Notes: generated by a model from the sequence alone, not told the origin. A stretch of 64,000 bases of DNA from the human T2T-CHM13v2.0 reference genome, Homo sapiens (GCF_009914755.1 NC_060932.1); one strand, 5' to 3'. Counted from the first letter of the stretch, positions 26,729 through 47,500 are shown. Translations and numbers: made by a program.

Positions 26729-26985
26729 AATCCTGTTTTAGTCACAGCACTTCCCAGCTCTAAAATGTTCAGTGACTCTCATTCACCATGAAATTTAAAG
26801 CTCAAGAAACCCTCAAGGCTCTGCCCATGTGGACCTGGTCTACCCTCCGAGCCTCAGCTCACCCTGACCTCCACATCTCACAGCTCCAGGCCAGGGGATG
26901 GCAGGCTGCAGCCTGCAGGCCGGATGCAGCTCACCCTACCTGTTTCTGCACAGTCCACAAGCTAAGAATGTTTTTTTGAATTTTT

Positions 26986-27274
<289 letters not shown>

Positions 27275-27352
27275 GTTTTTTTGAATTTTTAAGTGGTGGG
27301 GTGGGAGAGAAATCAAAAAAATAATATGTTATGGCACGTGAAAATAATATGA

Positions 27353-27520
<168 letters not shown>

Positions 27521-27909
27521 TAAAGGCATGCGGACTGAGGAGCCAAGATGGCCGAATAGGAACAGCTCCGGTCTACAGCTCCCAGTGTGAGCAACGCAGA
27601 AGACGGGTGATTTCTGCATTTCCATTTGAGGTACCGGGTTCATCTCACTAGGGAGTGCCAGACAGTGGGCGCAGGTCAGTGGGTGCTCGCACCGTGCACG
27701 AGCCGAAGCAGGGCGAGGCATTGCCTCATTGGGGAAGCGCAAGGGGTCAGGGAGTTCCCTCTCCTAGTCAAAGAAAGGGGTGACAGACGGCACCTGGAAA
27801 ATCGGGTCACTCCCACCCGAATACTGCGCTTTTCCGACAGGCTAAAAAAACGGTGCACCAGGAGATTATATCCCACACCTGGCTCAGAGGGTCCTACGGC
27901 CACGGAGTC

Positions 27910-27984
27910 TCACTGATTGCTAGCACAGCAGTCTGAGATCAAACTGCAAGGCGGCAGCGAGGCTGGGGGAGGGGCGCCCGCCAT
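27910..27984 (-). pseudogene. L1 ORF0 (antisense 5'UTR ORF) truncated at codon 25
   Basis: Reads MAGAPPPASLPPCSLISDCCASNQ* (CGA>TGA). The remainder (VGPSEPGVGY...) continues in track ORF 27676..27903. Confidence 0.85.
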
Positions 27985-28439
27985 TGCCCAGGCTTGCTTA
28001 GGTAAACAAAGCAGCTGGGAAGCTCGAACTGGGTGGAGCCCATCACAGCTCAAGGAGGCCTGCCTGCCCCTGTAGGCTCCACCTCTGGGGGCAGGGCACA
28101 GACAAACAAAAAGATAGCAGTAACCTCTGCAGACTTAAATGTCCCTGTCTGACAGCTTTGAAGAGAGCAGTGGTTCTCCCAGCACGCAGCTGGAGATCTG
28201 AGAACGGGTAGATTGCCTCCTCAAGTGGGTCCCTGACCCCTGACCCCTGAGCAGCCTAACTGGGAGGCACCCCCCAGCAGGGGCAGACTGACACCTCACA
28301 CTGCCGAGTACTCCAACAGACCTGCAGCTGAGGGTCCTGTCTGTTAGAAGGAAAACTAACAAACAGAAAGGACATCCACACCAAAAACCCATCTGTACAT
28401 CACCATCATCAAAGACCAAAAGTAGATAAAACCACAAAG

Positions 28440-29453
28440 ATGGGAAAAAAACAGAGCAGAAAAACTGGAAACTCGAAAAAGCAGAGCACCTGTCCTCCTC
28501 CAAAGGAACGCAGTTCCTCACCAGCAACGGAACAAAGCTGGACGGAAAATGACTTTGACGAGCTGCGAGAAGGCTTCAGACGATCAAATTACTCCGAGCT
28601 ACGGGAGGACATTCAAACCAAAGGCAAAGAAGTTGAAAACTTTGAAAAACATTTAGAAGAATGTATAACTAGAATAACCAATACAGAGAAGTGCTTAAAG
28701 GAGCTGATGGAGCTGAAAACCAAGGCTCGAGAACTACGTGAAGAATGCAGAAGCCTCAGGAGCTGATGCAATCAACTGGAAGAAAGGGTATCAGCAATGG
28801 AAGATGAAATGAATGAAATGAAGCGAGAAGGGAAGTTTAGAGAAAAAAGAATAAAAAGAAACGAGCAAAGCCTCCAAGAAATATGGGACTATGTGAAAAG
28901 ACCAAATCTACGTCTGATTGGTGTACCTGAAAGTGATGAGGAGAATGGAACCAAGTTGGAAAACACTCTGCAGGATATTATCCAGGAGAACTTCCCCAAT
29001 CTAGCGAGGCAGGCCAACATTCAGATTCACGAAATACAGAGAACGCCACAAAGATACTCCTCGAGAAGAGCAACTCCAAGACACATAATTGTCAGATTCA
29101 CCAAAGTGGAAATGAAGGAAAAAATGTTAAGGGCAGCCAGAGAGAAAGGTCGGGTTACCCACAAAGGGAAGCCCATCAGACTAACAGCGGATCTCTCGGC
29201 AGAAACTCTACAAGCCAGAAGAGAGTGAGGGCCAATATTCAACATTCTTAAAGAAAAGAATTTTCAACCCAGAATTTCATATCCAGCCAAACTAAGCTTC
29301 ATAAGTGAAGGAGAAATAAAATCCTTTACAGACAAGCAAATGCTGAGAGATTTTGTCACCACCAGGCCTGCCCTAAAAGAGCTCCTGAAGGAAGCGCTAA
29401 ATATGGAAAGGAACAACCAGTACCAGCCACTGCAAAATCATGCCAAAATGTAA
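28440..29453 (+). pseudogene. L1 ORF1p (RNA-binding chaperone), disrupted
   Basis: MGKKQSRKTGNSK... to natural TAA at 29451-29453. In-frame stops at 28764-28766 (CGA>TGA) and 29226-29228 (TGG>TGA); one codon shorter than the 338-aa consensus. Confidence 0.95.
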
Positions 29454-29516
29454 AGACCATCGAGACTAGGAAGAAACTGTATCAACTAACGAGCAAAATA
29501 ACCAGCTAACACCATA

Positions 29517-33342
<3,826 letters not shown>

Positions 33343-33794
33343 ACAATGAGAACACGTGGACACAGGAAGGGGAACATCACACTCTGGGGACTGTTGTGGG
33401 TTGGGGGGAGTGGGGAGGGATGGCATTGGGAGATATACCTAATGCTAGGTGACGAGTTAGTGGGTGCAGCACACCAGCATGGCACATGTATACATATGTA
33501 ACTAACGTGCACATTGTGCACATGTACCCTAAAACTTAAAGTATAATAATAATAAATTAAAAAATAAAAATAAAAATAAAGGCATGTGTCATTATGCCCA
33601 GATAATTTTTTTAATAACTTTTTGTAGAGACAGGGTCTCACCATGTTGCCCAGGCTGTTCTGTAACTCCTGGGTTCAAGTAATCTGCCCACCTTAGCCTC
33701 CCAAAGTTCTGGGATTACAGGTGCGAGCCACCACGCCCAGCCCATAGTAAAGTTTTATTGGAACACGACCACACTCATTTGTTTGATAACTGCC

Positions 33795-34174
33795 TGTATT
33801 ACTTTGTGAGGGCTGCCTTAACAAAGTAGCATAGACTGGGTGGCTTAGACAAGAGAAACTTACTGTCTCATAGTTCTGGAGTCTGGAAGTCCTCGATGGA
33901 GCTGTCGCCAGGGTTGGATCCTTCTGAGGCCTCTCTCCTTGGCTTGGAGACGGCCATCTTCCTGTCTTCACGTGGTCTTCCCTCTGTGTGTGTCAGTGTC
34001 TTCAGCTCCTCTTCTTATGAGGACACCAGTCAACTAGTCACATTGGATCAAGGCCCACTCTAATGACCTCATTTTAGCCTAATAACCTCCTTCACGGCCC
34101 TGTCTCCACTTGCGGTCACATTCTGAGGCTCGGAATTCAACATATGAACTTGGGGGCACAGCTCACTCATGACA
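33795..34174 (-). mobile_element. MLT1B/C solo LTR inside MER58B
   Basis: TG...CA ends, CTTATGAGGACACCAGTC motif, TSD ctgcc/ctgct. Confidence 0.85.
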
Positions 34175-35105
34175 CTGCTGGGTCTGCTCTTCTGCCACCC
34201 CAGCAGAACTGCAGAGTTGCAACAGAGACCATATGGGCCCACAGAGACTATTCTAGATAGGCTTTTACTACCAATAGCCTCTTTACTCTGGGGTCCTTTA
34301 CAGAAAAGGTTTACCCACTCTTGCCCTAGACAATCTGCACTTGCTATGCATCCCCCCAAACACCATTCCTCATTGTCTGACAGCTGGATATGAGTTCACA
34401 CTGAAACTTAGACGCCCCATTTTCCCCAAAAAGCCCCTCCTACTCTTTAAGACAGCAGAACTGACAATAGTGTCCTATGGGGCCACTCCCAGGGGCACCT
34501 GCAGTAAGCCAAAGACCTCAGTCTCTGATGAGACACCCTCAGGTGGTCAGAGAGGTCAGAGAAATCGAGCAGAAAGACAGTCGCTCCTCTCACACTCACA
34601 CAAAGGTAGGTGCCAGGGCTGGAGGGGACAGGCCAGAGAGTCCGCATGGGCAACAGGAAACACGGCTGGGACTTAGGTGGGGATGAAGCTGTCACGGCTC
34701 TGAGAATGCATGTATCTGAGGAATGAGCTTTAGAGAGACCTGTGGGAAGGAAAAGTGCCAGATGAGTCTAGGCCAGGGAGCTTGGAGAAGTGGGAGGTGT
34801 CAAAGAGGCCATGGAGACAAGAGAATTGGGAAGGAAGGAGCCAGAAGAGGAGGAAGTCCAGGGAACAGAGACCAGGAAGGAGGCTCAAAGGGAGCACAGG
34901 GTCTTCGTGACATCTCCTGGAGAGGGGAGCCCCCGTAGCACACGACATCCCTGTACAATGAGCAAGATACTGGGGCTTGAAGGAAAGCAGGCTGGAGAGG
35001 AGAGGCAGGGCTCAGAGCTCCAGACCAGCAGGCTGCATTAAGGGGCAGGACACCTGGGCACACATCCTGCGCACAGATCTGCAAGGGACACAAAAATGTC
35101 AGTGC

Positions 35106-35446
<341 letters not shown>

Positions 35447-36135
35447 CTACACTTGGCTTCTTCAGTGTCTTGGTCCCCACTTCCACTAAAATACACAGGG
35501 TTGGTAGGAATCCTCCCATACACTCCCCTTAAGCACCAACTCCAATCCCATGGACAGAGAGTGGAACATATTTTTAGCAAAGCCTGTTTGAAGGGGCATC
35601 AGCACACACCTCACCTGAACATCTACATGACTGGTCCAGGCCCTGGCCCCAGCTCTGCCCAGCACTAGCTATGTGACCTTGGACAGCCATGTCCTCTCTC
35701 AACCTCAGCATCCTTATCTGAAACTCAAGGGACTGGGCTAGGTTCTTCCAGACCCTTGCAGCAGTAATGTTCTGGGAGGGATGGCTTTAAGACATTAAGC
35801 ATAATATAGGCCTTGGGGAAGCCTGAGCAAATGTGGGTGGAGGCTGGGGGAGCAAGAGTGTTGGTTGGACACAGCCCAGAACCCCTCACTGTGGTTTGTT
35901 TGAAAGCTTGGTAAGGGCGTGTTGCAAGGAGAAAGGACATTGACCTAGCAAATGGGGCCTGCTGGCAGACCTGTGCTCAGCACACAGAGCTCAGCTGTGT
36001 GAGAGTACACAGGAGAGCACACACACACACACACACACTACACACATCACATACACACAGAGAGTCAGCTTTTGGCATGCTCCTAGCTGAGGAGGAAGAA
36101 ACTAGAGCCACAGAGAGGGACAGAGGGACAGATAG

Positions 36136-36450
<315 letters not shown>

Positions 36451-36931
36451 CAGGAGATCCTGTTCTGCTTCAGTTCTGCACACAGCGAATCCCAGAATAA
36501 CTGCCCCCATTTTAAAAAGAGAAACTGAGGCAGTCTCACTAAGAGCATTCCAGCAGACTGGAAGCAAGTCGGAGGCTTCGGCTGCTGACAACTATCTGGG
36601 TTTCCCTTTTAGTGCTGGCCAGGAGGGAGGGAGGGAGGCAGGCAGGGAGGGGAGTGTGGTACGGGACGGCTCAGGTAGAGGGTGGTGCTGGAAAATACCT
36701 CACCCTCGATGGAGGAAAAAACCACAGCCAAACAGCTACGATCAGCAGGGAGGAAAGAAAGGAACATTCTGGGCTCTGAGGCCTGTGGTCAGATAAGTGG
36801 CCCCAACCTGACTTCCTCTCCATCCTCGATGTGCTTTTCCATTTATCCTTCCCCTTGCCCATAAGCCAGCCTCCAAACAGAGGAGCATTTGATAACATTC
36901 AAGCCCCACAGCTCTCTATTCCGAGCCCCTG

Positions 36932-37212
36932 TTTTTTTTTTTTTTTTAGGCTGGAGTGAAGTGGTGTGATCTCGGCTCACTGCAACCTCCGCCTCCTGGA
37001 TTCAAGTGATTCTGGTGCCTCAGCCCCCTGAGTAGCTGGGACCACAGACACGTGCCACCACGCCCAACTGACTTTTGTATTTTTAGTAGATACGGGGTTT
37101 TGCCATGTTGGTCTGGCTGGTCTCGAACTCCTGTGGAGTTCACCTCAAGTGATCCACCTGCCTCGGCCTCCCAAAGTGCTGGGATTACAGGCATGAGCCA
37201 CCATGTGCAGCC
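36932..37212 (-). mobile_element. AluSx/Sz lacking its last ~25 nt before the tail
   Basis: Poly(T) joins directly to AGGCTGGAGTG. Confidence 0.93.
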
Positions 37213-37955
37213 CTAGCCCTTGCTGTAAGATGCTTTTCACTTAACTTCCAGCCCTGCTGTTGACCTCACTCTCTGTTTTCAATCTCCACGGATATTTCTC
37301 AATGCGTTGTAAATGTCTCTCAAAACGAAACTCACACTTGACCAAACTCAGGTTATCTCCCTGAATTCTGCTCTCTTTAAGTTCACGCTGGGAATGGAGT
37401 CCAGGAGCCACTGAAGGAGACCAGGCTTCCTCTTCGTAGACATGTACCCCATGTGTCACCGAGGGCCGGTGGGGAGAGAGGGAGTTGGTGCAGTTGTCTT
37501 TCCGTATGCTTATCCTGAAGCATCCCTCATTCCCCTTAATACCCTGTCACAGAGCCATCGTCTGCCAAGTCAACGAAGCCCCTAGGGAACCTGTTTCTAT
37601 TTCTAGCAGATCTCTCAAGGGCTGGTGCGATCCTATGTTTACTACCCACAGTGTGAGGAGGGCCTTTCTGTGTGGCCTAAAACTGCTTCCCCCGGCCTCT
37701 CTGAGGGCCCCCGTTCTGGGATTCAGCATGTCCTCCCCGGCCAATGGCAAGGGGCAGGGGGCTGAATCCCCTGTCCAGTCCTGTTGCCGTGAGCCATGTC
37801 GGGGGGACTCCACAAGGCCTCAGGGGACATCGGTGGGGAGAAGACCATCACCGTGGATTGAGGGTGGACCCCAAACTGCCCTGACAAAGCAGCTCCCTGC
37901 TTGCTGTCTCTGCCTGTCACTTTCCTTCTGTGGGACAAATAGACTCCTTCTTGCC

Positions 37956-38385
37956 TGTATTAGTTTCTTGTGATTGCTGCAACAAATTACCCCACACTGG
38001 GTGACTTAGAACAACAAAGATTTATTCTCTCACAGTCCTGGAGGCCAGATGTCTGAAGTCACAGTGTTAGCAGGACCAGAGGCTCTAGGGGAGGATCCCT
38101 CCTTGCCTCTCCCAGCTCCTGGCAGCTGCCAGCATTGGCTAGCTTGTGGCTGCTTCACTCCAGTCTCTGCCTCTGTCTTCTCATGGCCTTCTCCTCTGTG
38201 TCTCAAATCTCCCTGTCCTTAATTTTAGAAGGACAGCAGTCATTGAATGTAGGGCCCACCCTAAATCCAGGATGATCTTACCTAGAGATCCTTAATCACA
38301 TCGGCAAAGACAACATTTTCAAATAACTTCACAATCCCTGGTACCAGAATGTGCACATGTCTTTTTGGGGGACAAACCATCCCAC
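37956..38385 (-). mobile_element. MLT1C/D solo LTR
   Basis: TGTATTAGTTTC...AACAAATTACC...AGGGCCCACCCTAAATCCAGGATGATCT. Confidence 0.85.
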
Positions 38386-38566
38386 TGCACTGGTCTGCTA
38401 CTCATTCCCTTGCAAGTGATCCTCTCTGCCGAATTTCGAGACCCAGACTCTTCTGTGAGCCATGCAAGGCCCCCACTTTCCTTAGCCAGCCGCATTTCTC
38501 ATATTCCCCACAGCATATCCCCCACCCTGCCGGCAGCCCTCTCACTTTACCCCCATCAATGTCCTT

Positions 38567-39574
<1,008 letters not shown>

Positions 39575-40289
39575 TGAAATGTCCTTATTTCTAAACTCGC
39601 TCCAGCTGTCCCCACCTGAGGTCCTCCCTCCTTCCCTCTGCCCACCCTATCCTGCCTCAGAGCCTGCCCTAAACACAGCAGCTCCTACAGGACGCCGGGA
39701 AAGAAATGATTTCACTCCAAGGCGCTGAGCACAGGCTGTGTCACTTAACAGCGGCTTGAGTTCAGACAAGCCTCTCAATGACTCTGGGCCTGTTTCTACC
39801 CCCAGACCCTTCAAACATGGAGACAATACCTTTCTCCCAGATTGGTGAGGATTAAATGATATCAGGCACATGAAAGAATCTGCCACCCAGTAAACTCCCA
39901 ATAAATGTGTGTCCTCCAGATATCTGATCTTCTGTTCCCTGAATCCACTTCTATTTATGGCCGGCACTGGGCGTAATTGTTTCATTCTGTTGGCTTCGTC
40001 TCCCCAGACTGAACTTCTTGAGCAATGGAAAGGGTTTGGGGTTTCTCTGGAATCTCCCACAGCACCTGGCACAGCTTTGAGTCAGTAAAGAACTGATGCC
40101 TGGAACGAACACCATGGTGATGCCCTTAGGTGTGTATTTCAAATGGGAGAAGCAGGCCCTGTGTCCCTGTGGTCACCTCCCTGGTCTGCTTACCCACGGG
40201 CTGGGGCCTTAAGGGAGGGGTAAGGCCGGCCTGGCTCCTGCAGGCCTTGGACACATGGGGAGGGGGCAGTAATGGAATGAGAGGCCCCG

Positions 40290-40830
40290 AGATCCAATTC
40301 CATAATGATTACGGTGAGAGGGACAAACTCCAGAGGCCAATTGTTGGGTGTAATTGGAGTGAACAGCAAATCGCAATTGGCCAAGAGCCCTGAGGTCAGA
40401 CAGGCTGGGCCCATCCAGGTCCAGGAGGACCCTGTGGTCGGCCAGGCAGAAGAAGATCTCTCTCCATTAGGTCCTGGCAGGGGAGGGTGAGCAGGCTGGT
40501 CTGTATCATCTGGGTGGAGCGGCTGAGTGGATGTGACATAATTGAATGAGGCCTCTGCGTCTTCCACCCAGAGCGGGGGAATTAGCAGGCCCGACCCTCG
40601 CCTCGGGAGACCGCACTCCCCCTCATCTGCCTGCATTGCTCCACTCCACACCGCCTGCTCAGGGTGGGGTGGGAGTGCCAGGAAACGGCTCAGGCCAGGT
40701 CTGTTGTGGGAAAGAGGGGGCACAGGAAGACGGGCACAAGGAGCCGGGCTCAGGCGGGAAAGTCCCGGGGGTCTGTGGGGAGGGGGTGATAGTGATGGGC
40801 CGGGGCGGGGGTCCATAGGACTAGCGTTTG
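40290..40830. promoter_or_regulatory. Candidate enhancer/weak promoter (CpG-enriched; NF-kB, E2F, GC box and TAAT motifs)
   Basis: Minus-strand GGGACTTTCC at 40757-40766, GCGGGAAA at 40754-40761, GGGGCGGGG at 40802-40810; TAAT/CAATTG cluster at 40303-40380. Confidence 0.45.
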
Positions 40831-41448
40831 CCAGACAGATGGCAAGGAGAAACCCAGAGCAAGGAGGGAGGATGGGATGGAGGCGGGGAGAGATGGAGCC
40901 AGGCACACAGCAGAGATGGGAACAAGATAGACAGGGAGATAACATGACAGCGGCCAGACACACAGGACGAGCTGAGCGATGGCGAAGAAGAGGGGCAGAT
41001 AAAGAGAGGCTTATTAAGAAAGACTGATCAGCAGCCCGAGGAATAGGCAGACAGGGAGACAGGAGCTTCATGGAACATAGGCCTGAACCCTCCCTGACCG
41101 GGGCAGCCACACCTTCTCTGCACTTACGGGGCACTATTCTGAATATGCCACATTGTCTCACTGAATCTGCCCAGCACCCTTACGGAATTGGTAATGATTT
41201 CTTACAGATGGAGAAACTGAGGCTGGAGAGGATAAGTCACCTGCCCAGGGCCACCCAGCTAGAAAACAAAGGAGACAGAAGGTGAGCCCCACTGGAGCTG
41301 GTTTCCTGGCCCCACCCTTGCCCTGCACCAGCAAAGTCTTTCTTGGTTTAGCTGCAGAGGAATCTCTCAGCCTAGCCGCCTCCCTAGGATGAATGGATAC
41401 AGAGGACTTCCTGGTGGCTGTGGGAGTTCAAGTGGTCAGAAGACTGTC

Positions 41449-41986
<538 letters not shown>

Positions 41987-42169
41987 TTTGTTTGTTTGTT
42001 TGTTTGTTTTTAACCTTTTCTGGTCTCAGTTCCCTACCCCTAGGGCCCCTGGCACTGCCCCTTACCACCTGCACTGGCCTCTCCAACACTCAGTCAGCCA
42101 CTGGGGAATCTAATGCATGCACTAATGTCACTTTAAAGTATGGCCTCTGCCATGGGTAATTACTTTTAA

Positions 42170-42911
<742 letters not shown>

Positions 42912-43859
42912 TGACCCAGCCAGGCCTGCTGCCCTGCCCACTGCCTCCCCAGCACCCTGGGGAGGTGAGAGGAAGTGCCAGCGTCAGCTTATAGACAGCT
43001 GTGCCCAGGAGCCCTGAAGGAAGGTGAGAGCTGTTTCACCTTCACGGGCAGTAGCTGCCTAACAGCAAAGCTGGGAAACTCAGTGCCCAGGAAGGAGGTG
43101 CCGATCCACCCCGCCCTGGTACAACAGAGAGCGAAAGCAAATCGGCTTCTCCACCCTGCTCACAGGACATGGATAGACAAAGCAGGAAGGAGGACAGGCA
43201 GAAAGACGCAGGCACAAACAGACTGGAGAAGAGACGCTAGTGATGGAGCCCAGTGCTGGAGGAAGGACTGCATCCAAGTTCCTATTTTTACCTGATAATG
43301 ACCCTGAGACCCAAAGAGGCAAAGTGATTCACCAAGGTCGCCTAGCTAGTCCTGACATTGAGCGGGTCCTCCCCTAGGAATCTCATCATCAGATCCTGAT
43401 TTATGGTTCCAAGAGGAAGCTCGTGGCTTAGGCACCAAGGGACTGAGAGACTAGCTCTGCCCTGGGAGCCAAGGAGCTGCATCTCACTGTCCTACTCAAA
43501 AACCCTCCTGGTCTCCTGAACCAACTTCTTCCTGGCCTGGCAGTCAATGCCCTCCCCACCTGGCTCCAGCCCCCAGCCTCTCCATTCTGCTCCTCACTAG
43601 TGCTCCCACACATCCCTAACCAAGCTCTACTCCTTTCTGTGGGTGACACCCTGCACTCTCCCATATTGGCTCACTGGAACCCCTCTTGCCTCAGTGCCTC
43701 TCTCAGGTGTCAGTATTCTGGGAGGCCTTCCTTGAGGGTCCTGGCTCGGAGAGGTTAAGTAATTCACACACAATCACACCATTAACTATCAAATGAGTAG
43801 TGGAGGCATAAATCCAATCTAGAACTAACTCAAAATCCCTGTTATGCTTTGTATTATAG

Positions 43860-43995
43860 TTGCTGTCTATTACCCATTCACAATTTCTTGTGCACTGAGT
43901 TTCTTGATGTAGGGGCTATGCCTTCTTATCTCTGTATGTCCAGCACCTAGCAGAGTGCTTGGTTCTGGTAGGCACTCCTAAGAACCATTTACTGG
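43860..43995 (+). mobile_element. L2 3' end. Other L2 relics at ~780-860, 7110-7260, 8770-8880, 22160-22250, 25340-25620, 48240-48520, 63710-63865
   Basis: TCTCTGTATGTCCAGCACCTAGCAGAGTGCTTGG followed by a TGAA/TGGA tail. Confidence 0.7.
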
Positions 43996-44133
43996 ATGCA
44001 TGCATGGATGGATGAATGGATGGAGGGACGGATGAGTGGATGGATGAGTGGAGGGATGGATGGATGGATGGACGGACGGATGGATGGATGGATGGATGGA
44101 TGGATGAGTGGATGGATGGATGGATGCATGGAT
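43993..44133 (+). repeat. (GGAT)n microsatellite from an L2 tail
   Basis: Read directly from the sequence. Confidence 0.96.
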
Positions 44134-45175
44134 CCATGATAGAAGAATACAACATCTCCAACTGAGAAGGCAGAGGTGCCTTGGAAAGGCCATGGCAATC
44201 TGCAGAGTAGGGTTTGGGCACCACTCCAGTAACACAATCAGCCACCAGCTGATCGGTCCCAGCTGACCTAACCCTGCCTGCTCTCTTGAGTCTTGGCAAA
44301 CCCCAGAGGCATAGCTGGAAATGAATGAAAATCCTCCCCTGAGGGACAATATTTGCCCTTCCTCCTCTTTTATTCCGCATCCTCCTGTTTACTTCTTTTT
44401 GTCCCTGAGTACCACATAAAGGAGCTTCAGAGGGGATTCTCTACAAGCCCTGAAAGAGAGGAAGCAGCCAGGAAGGGCTCCAAAGGTCCTGAACGAGGAA
44501 GAAGACATGGAAAGCACAGAGAGGAGAAAAGAGCAGCTCAGTGGGACCAGGAGAGCCAGCAGCCATCAGGGCTGGAAATGTCCAGGGCACCTGCTAAGAA
44601 CATAATGACAGAAGCCACAAGACGGGCTGGTCCCACAGGCTGCAGCTGCACCAAGAGCCCCGGTAAAGTCTGCAGAGGCACAGGACTAGGCTTACGCTCC
44701 CTAAACATTCTCAATTCCCTCCCCTCCCTCAATGAGATAAAGCAGCAGCAGTATCCTCCCTGCCTCTCCCCACCCCTCATCCTGAACCAAATGAGACCCC
44801 CACGCTAAGCACTGCTGTCCAAATCAAATTCCACTTGGAACAATTCTCTCTCTTTCTCTCTGCCCACCTAGCTCCTTCTAAGCCCACCCCCTCTCCCATG
44901 CCAATCCTTCCAAACTCAATGGTATCAAAAAGGCCTCAACTGTCAAGGGCTGATGGAGGGAAATGGAGACCCACTTGTCTGGCTGACCACCAGAATTTAG
45001 ACCAGGACACCTCGAAGACTCAGGATCCATGCTGGGCAGAGTCCCTCACAGGACAATTGAGACCCAGTTTGTAATTCCGCTCCTGTTATACGGAGCTGTG
45101 TGACTTTCAGCAAATCCTATACCTCTCTGAGCCTCAGGGTTTTTTTAAATCTGTGTAACCAGTGAGCTGGAGAGA

Positions 45176-45677
<502 letters not shown>

Positions 45678-47500
45678 TCAGGATAAACTCTGAGATTCCT
45701 TTCTTCTTTCAGTCTTCGTCTGCGATTCAGTCCGTGCACACATATTTTTTCCTGGCTATCCTAATCTGGACAGTCCTGATTCACACATTCTTTCCTGTGG
45801 TTCCTACAAAATGGTCATAGTCACCAGGCCTCATGTCCTGATTTGGGATTGGAAAGTAGGTCCCCACACTTCTGGCTGGATGTATAAGACATGGGACCCA
45901 CCCTCCGCTTCAGGAAACAGGTGCCTCCTATAAAGATAAATGACCCAGCCAGGACATCTCTGCCAAGTGCAGAGTGTTTTAGCCTAGAAGAGCTGCAGAG
46001 TCCAGGAAGCAAAGGTGGTTGTGGTGCAGAGGGCAGGCCTCATGGACGAGGTGGCTTAGGTCCAGATACACAAAGACTCCACAATGGGATTTCACTGGGG
46101 GTACAGCCGATGGTCAAATCTGGTTTCAGGGGTGAACAGAAAGCTAAAATGTCAGGACTCTGATTCAGATGCCTGGGTTCAACTCCAATTCTGTTGCCTA
46201 ATTGCTACATGACTCAGGCAAGCTAATTCGGCTCTTAGCCTCAATTCCCCCACCTATTCTAAACCATCTCCACCATTCCATCCAGCTCCCTATGTGCCTC
46301 TCTCAGGCTCTTTTTTAGAGGTAGCCTTGGTTGTGGATTTTCACAGGGGAGGAGAAGGACACAGAGAGGAATTCAAGCTCCAGAAAGGTCAGATGCAAAA
46401 CCTGCAAATTGGGGACCAAATATAGACCCCAGGCCTTGCCTTCCTGGTTCTACCTCCACCATACTCCTGAGGTCAGCGGGGGTAAGAGGAGGGTGAGAGG
46501 GAGGAAAGATAGGATGAAGAAGGAACACAGCCCACCATTAGCAAGCCTGGAGGAATTCCCAGCTGCTCAGAGAAGAGCCTCTAAGGAATATGCATAGTCA
46601 CCAGAGGATGAGGTCTTGTTTGCATCATCGAATTTCCCAAGTGCCATAACAAACAGCAGTGACTGTCGTCTCTGGCTCCCCATCTCCTGGGACAGAATAA
46701 CCTGCTGCCCTAGTCACTGTCACTCCTGCAACCCGCCCACCTCCCTCACCTCATCTTGTCCTCACCATCACCGTGTGCCCTAACCCAGGCCCTCCCCAAA
46801 GCCCCAGCATGTGTCAAGATCTTCCACTGCCAAATTCCCAAGCTGAGCAAATAAGGATGTCTGAGCCAGGCTGGGGCTGCCAGATCCCTGCGAGGGAAGA
46901 CAAGCAAACCAGGCTGGCAATGCCATACAGGAAGAAAGGTGGATAGGGGTGTGCTTGGGACCTGTGGTGTCCCCTCACCCCTTTGGGAAAGGAGAGCAGG
47001 ACACAAGGGAGAGCTCAGGCATAGGTCATGCTGCCATCTTGTCAAAGGCAGCACCAAAAGAAAGATATGGGCGAAAGAAGGAAAGAAATGCTTCTTAGTA
47101 TTATGCCTGAAACTCTACCATTAAGGAACCTTTCTTCCAGCCAACCATCGCCCTTGCCACTCAGGCCTCCTGCAAAATGCAATTTCCATTTAGCGCAATT
47201 CAGATGTCCATCAGTCCAGGACTGGTCACATAAGTGATGCCTCCCGCATAGCACAGAACATTATATGGCCATTAACAAGAGTGCAATATAGATTTTTAAA
47301 ATAACAATGTCCACTCTGTGTTGCCAGGTGATAGAAGGAAATGGCAGAGCTATGCTTAGCAGAGTCCTGCCTTTGTAAAATAAATAAATAAATTGATGGA
47401 TGGATTAAGCAAGTAAGTAAATTAGTGAATGCACCAGGAGAAACATCTGGGAGGACATAGTCTAAACAATGCCTATCTCACGGGTCACAGGGATGGATAA

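Noticed and set aside
40190-41161. 323-aa minus-strand ORF
   Set aside because: Non-ATG start within a MIR, P/L/S/C-biased translation of GC- and purine-rich DNA, and no recognisable domain.
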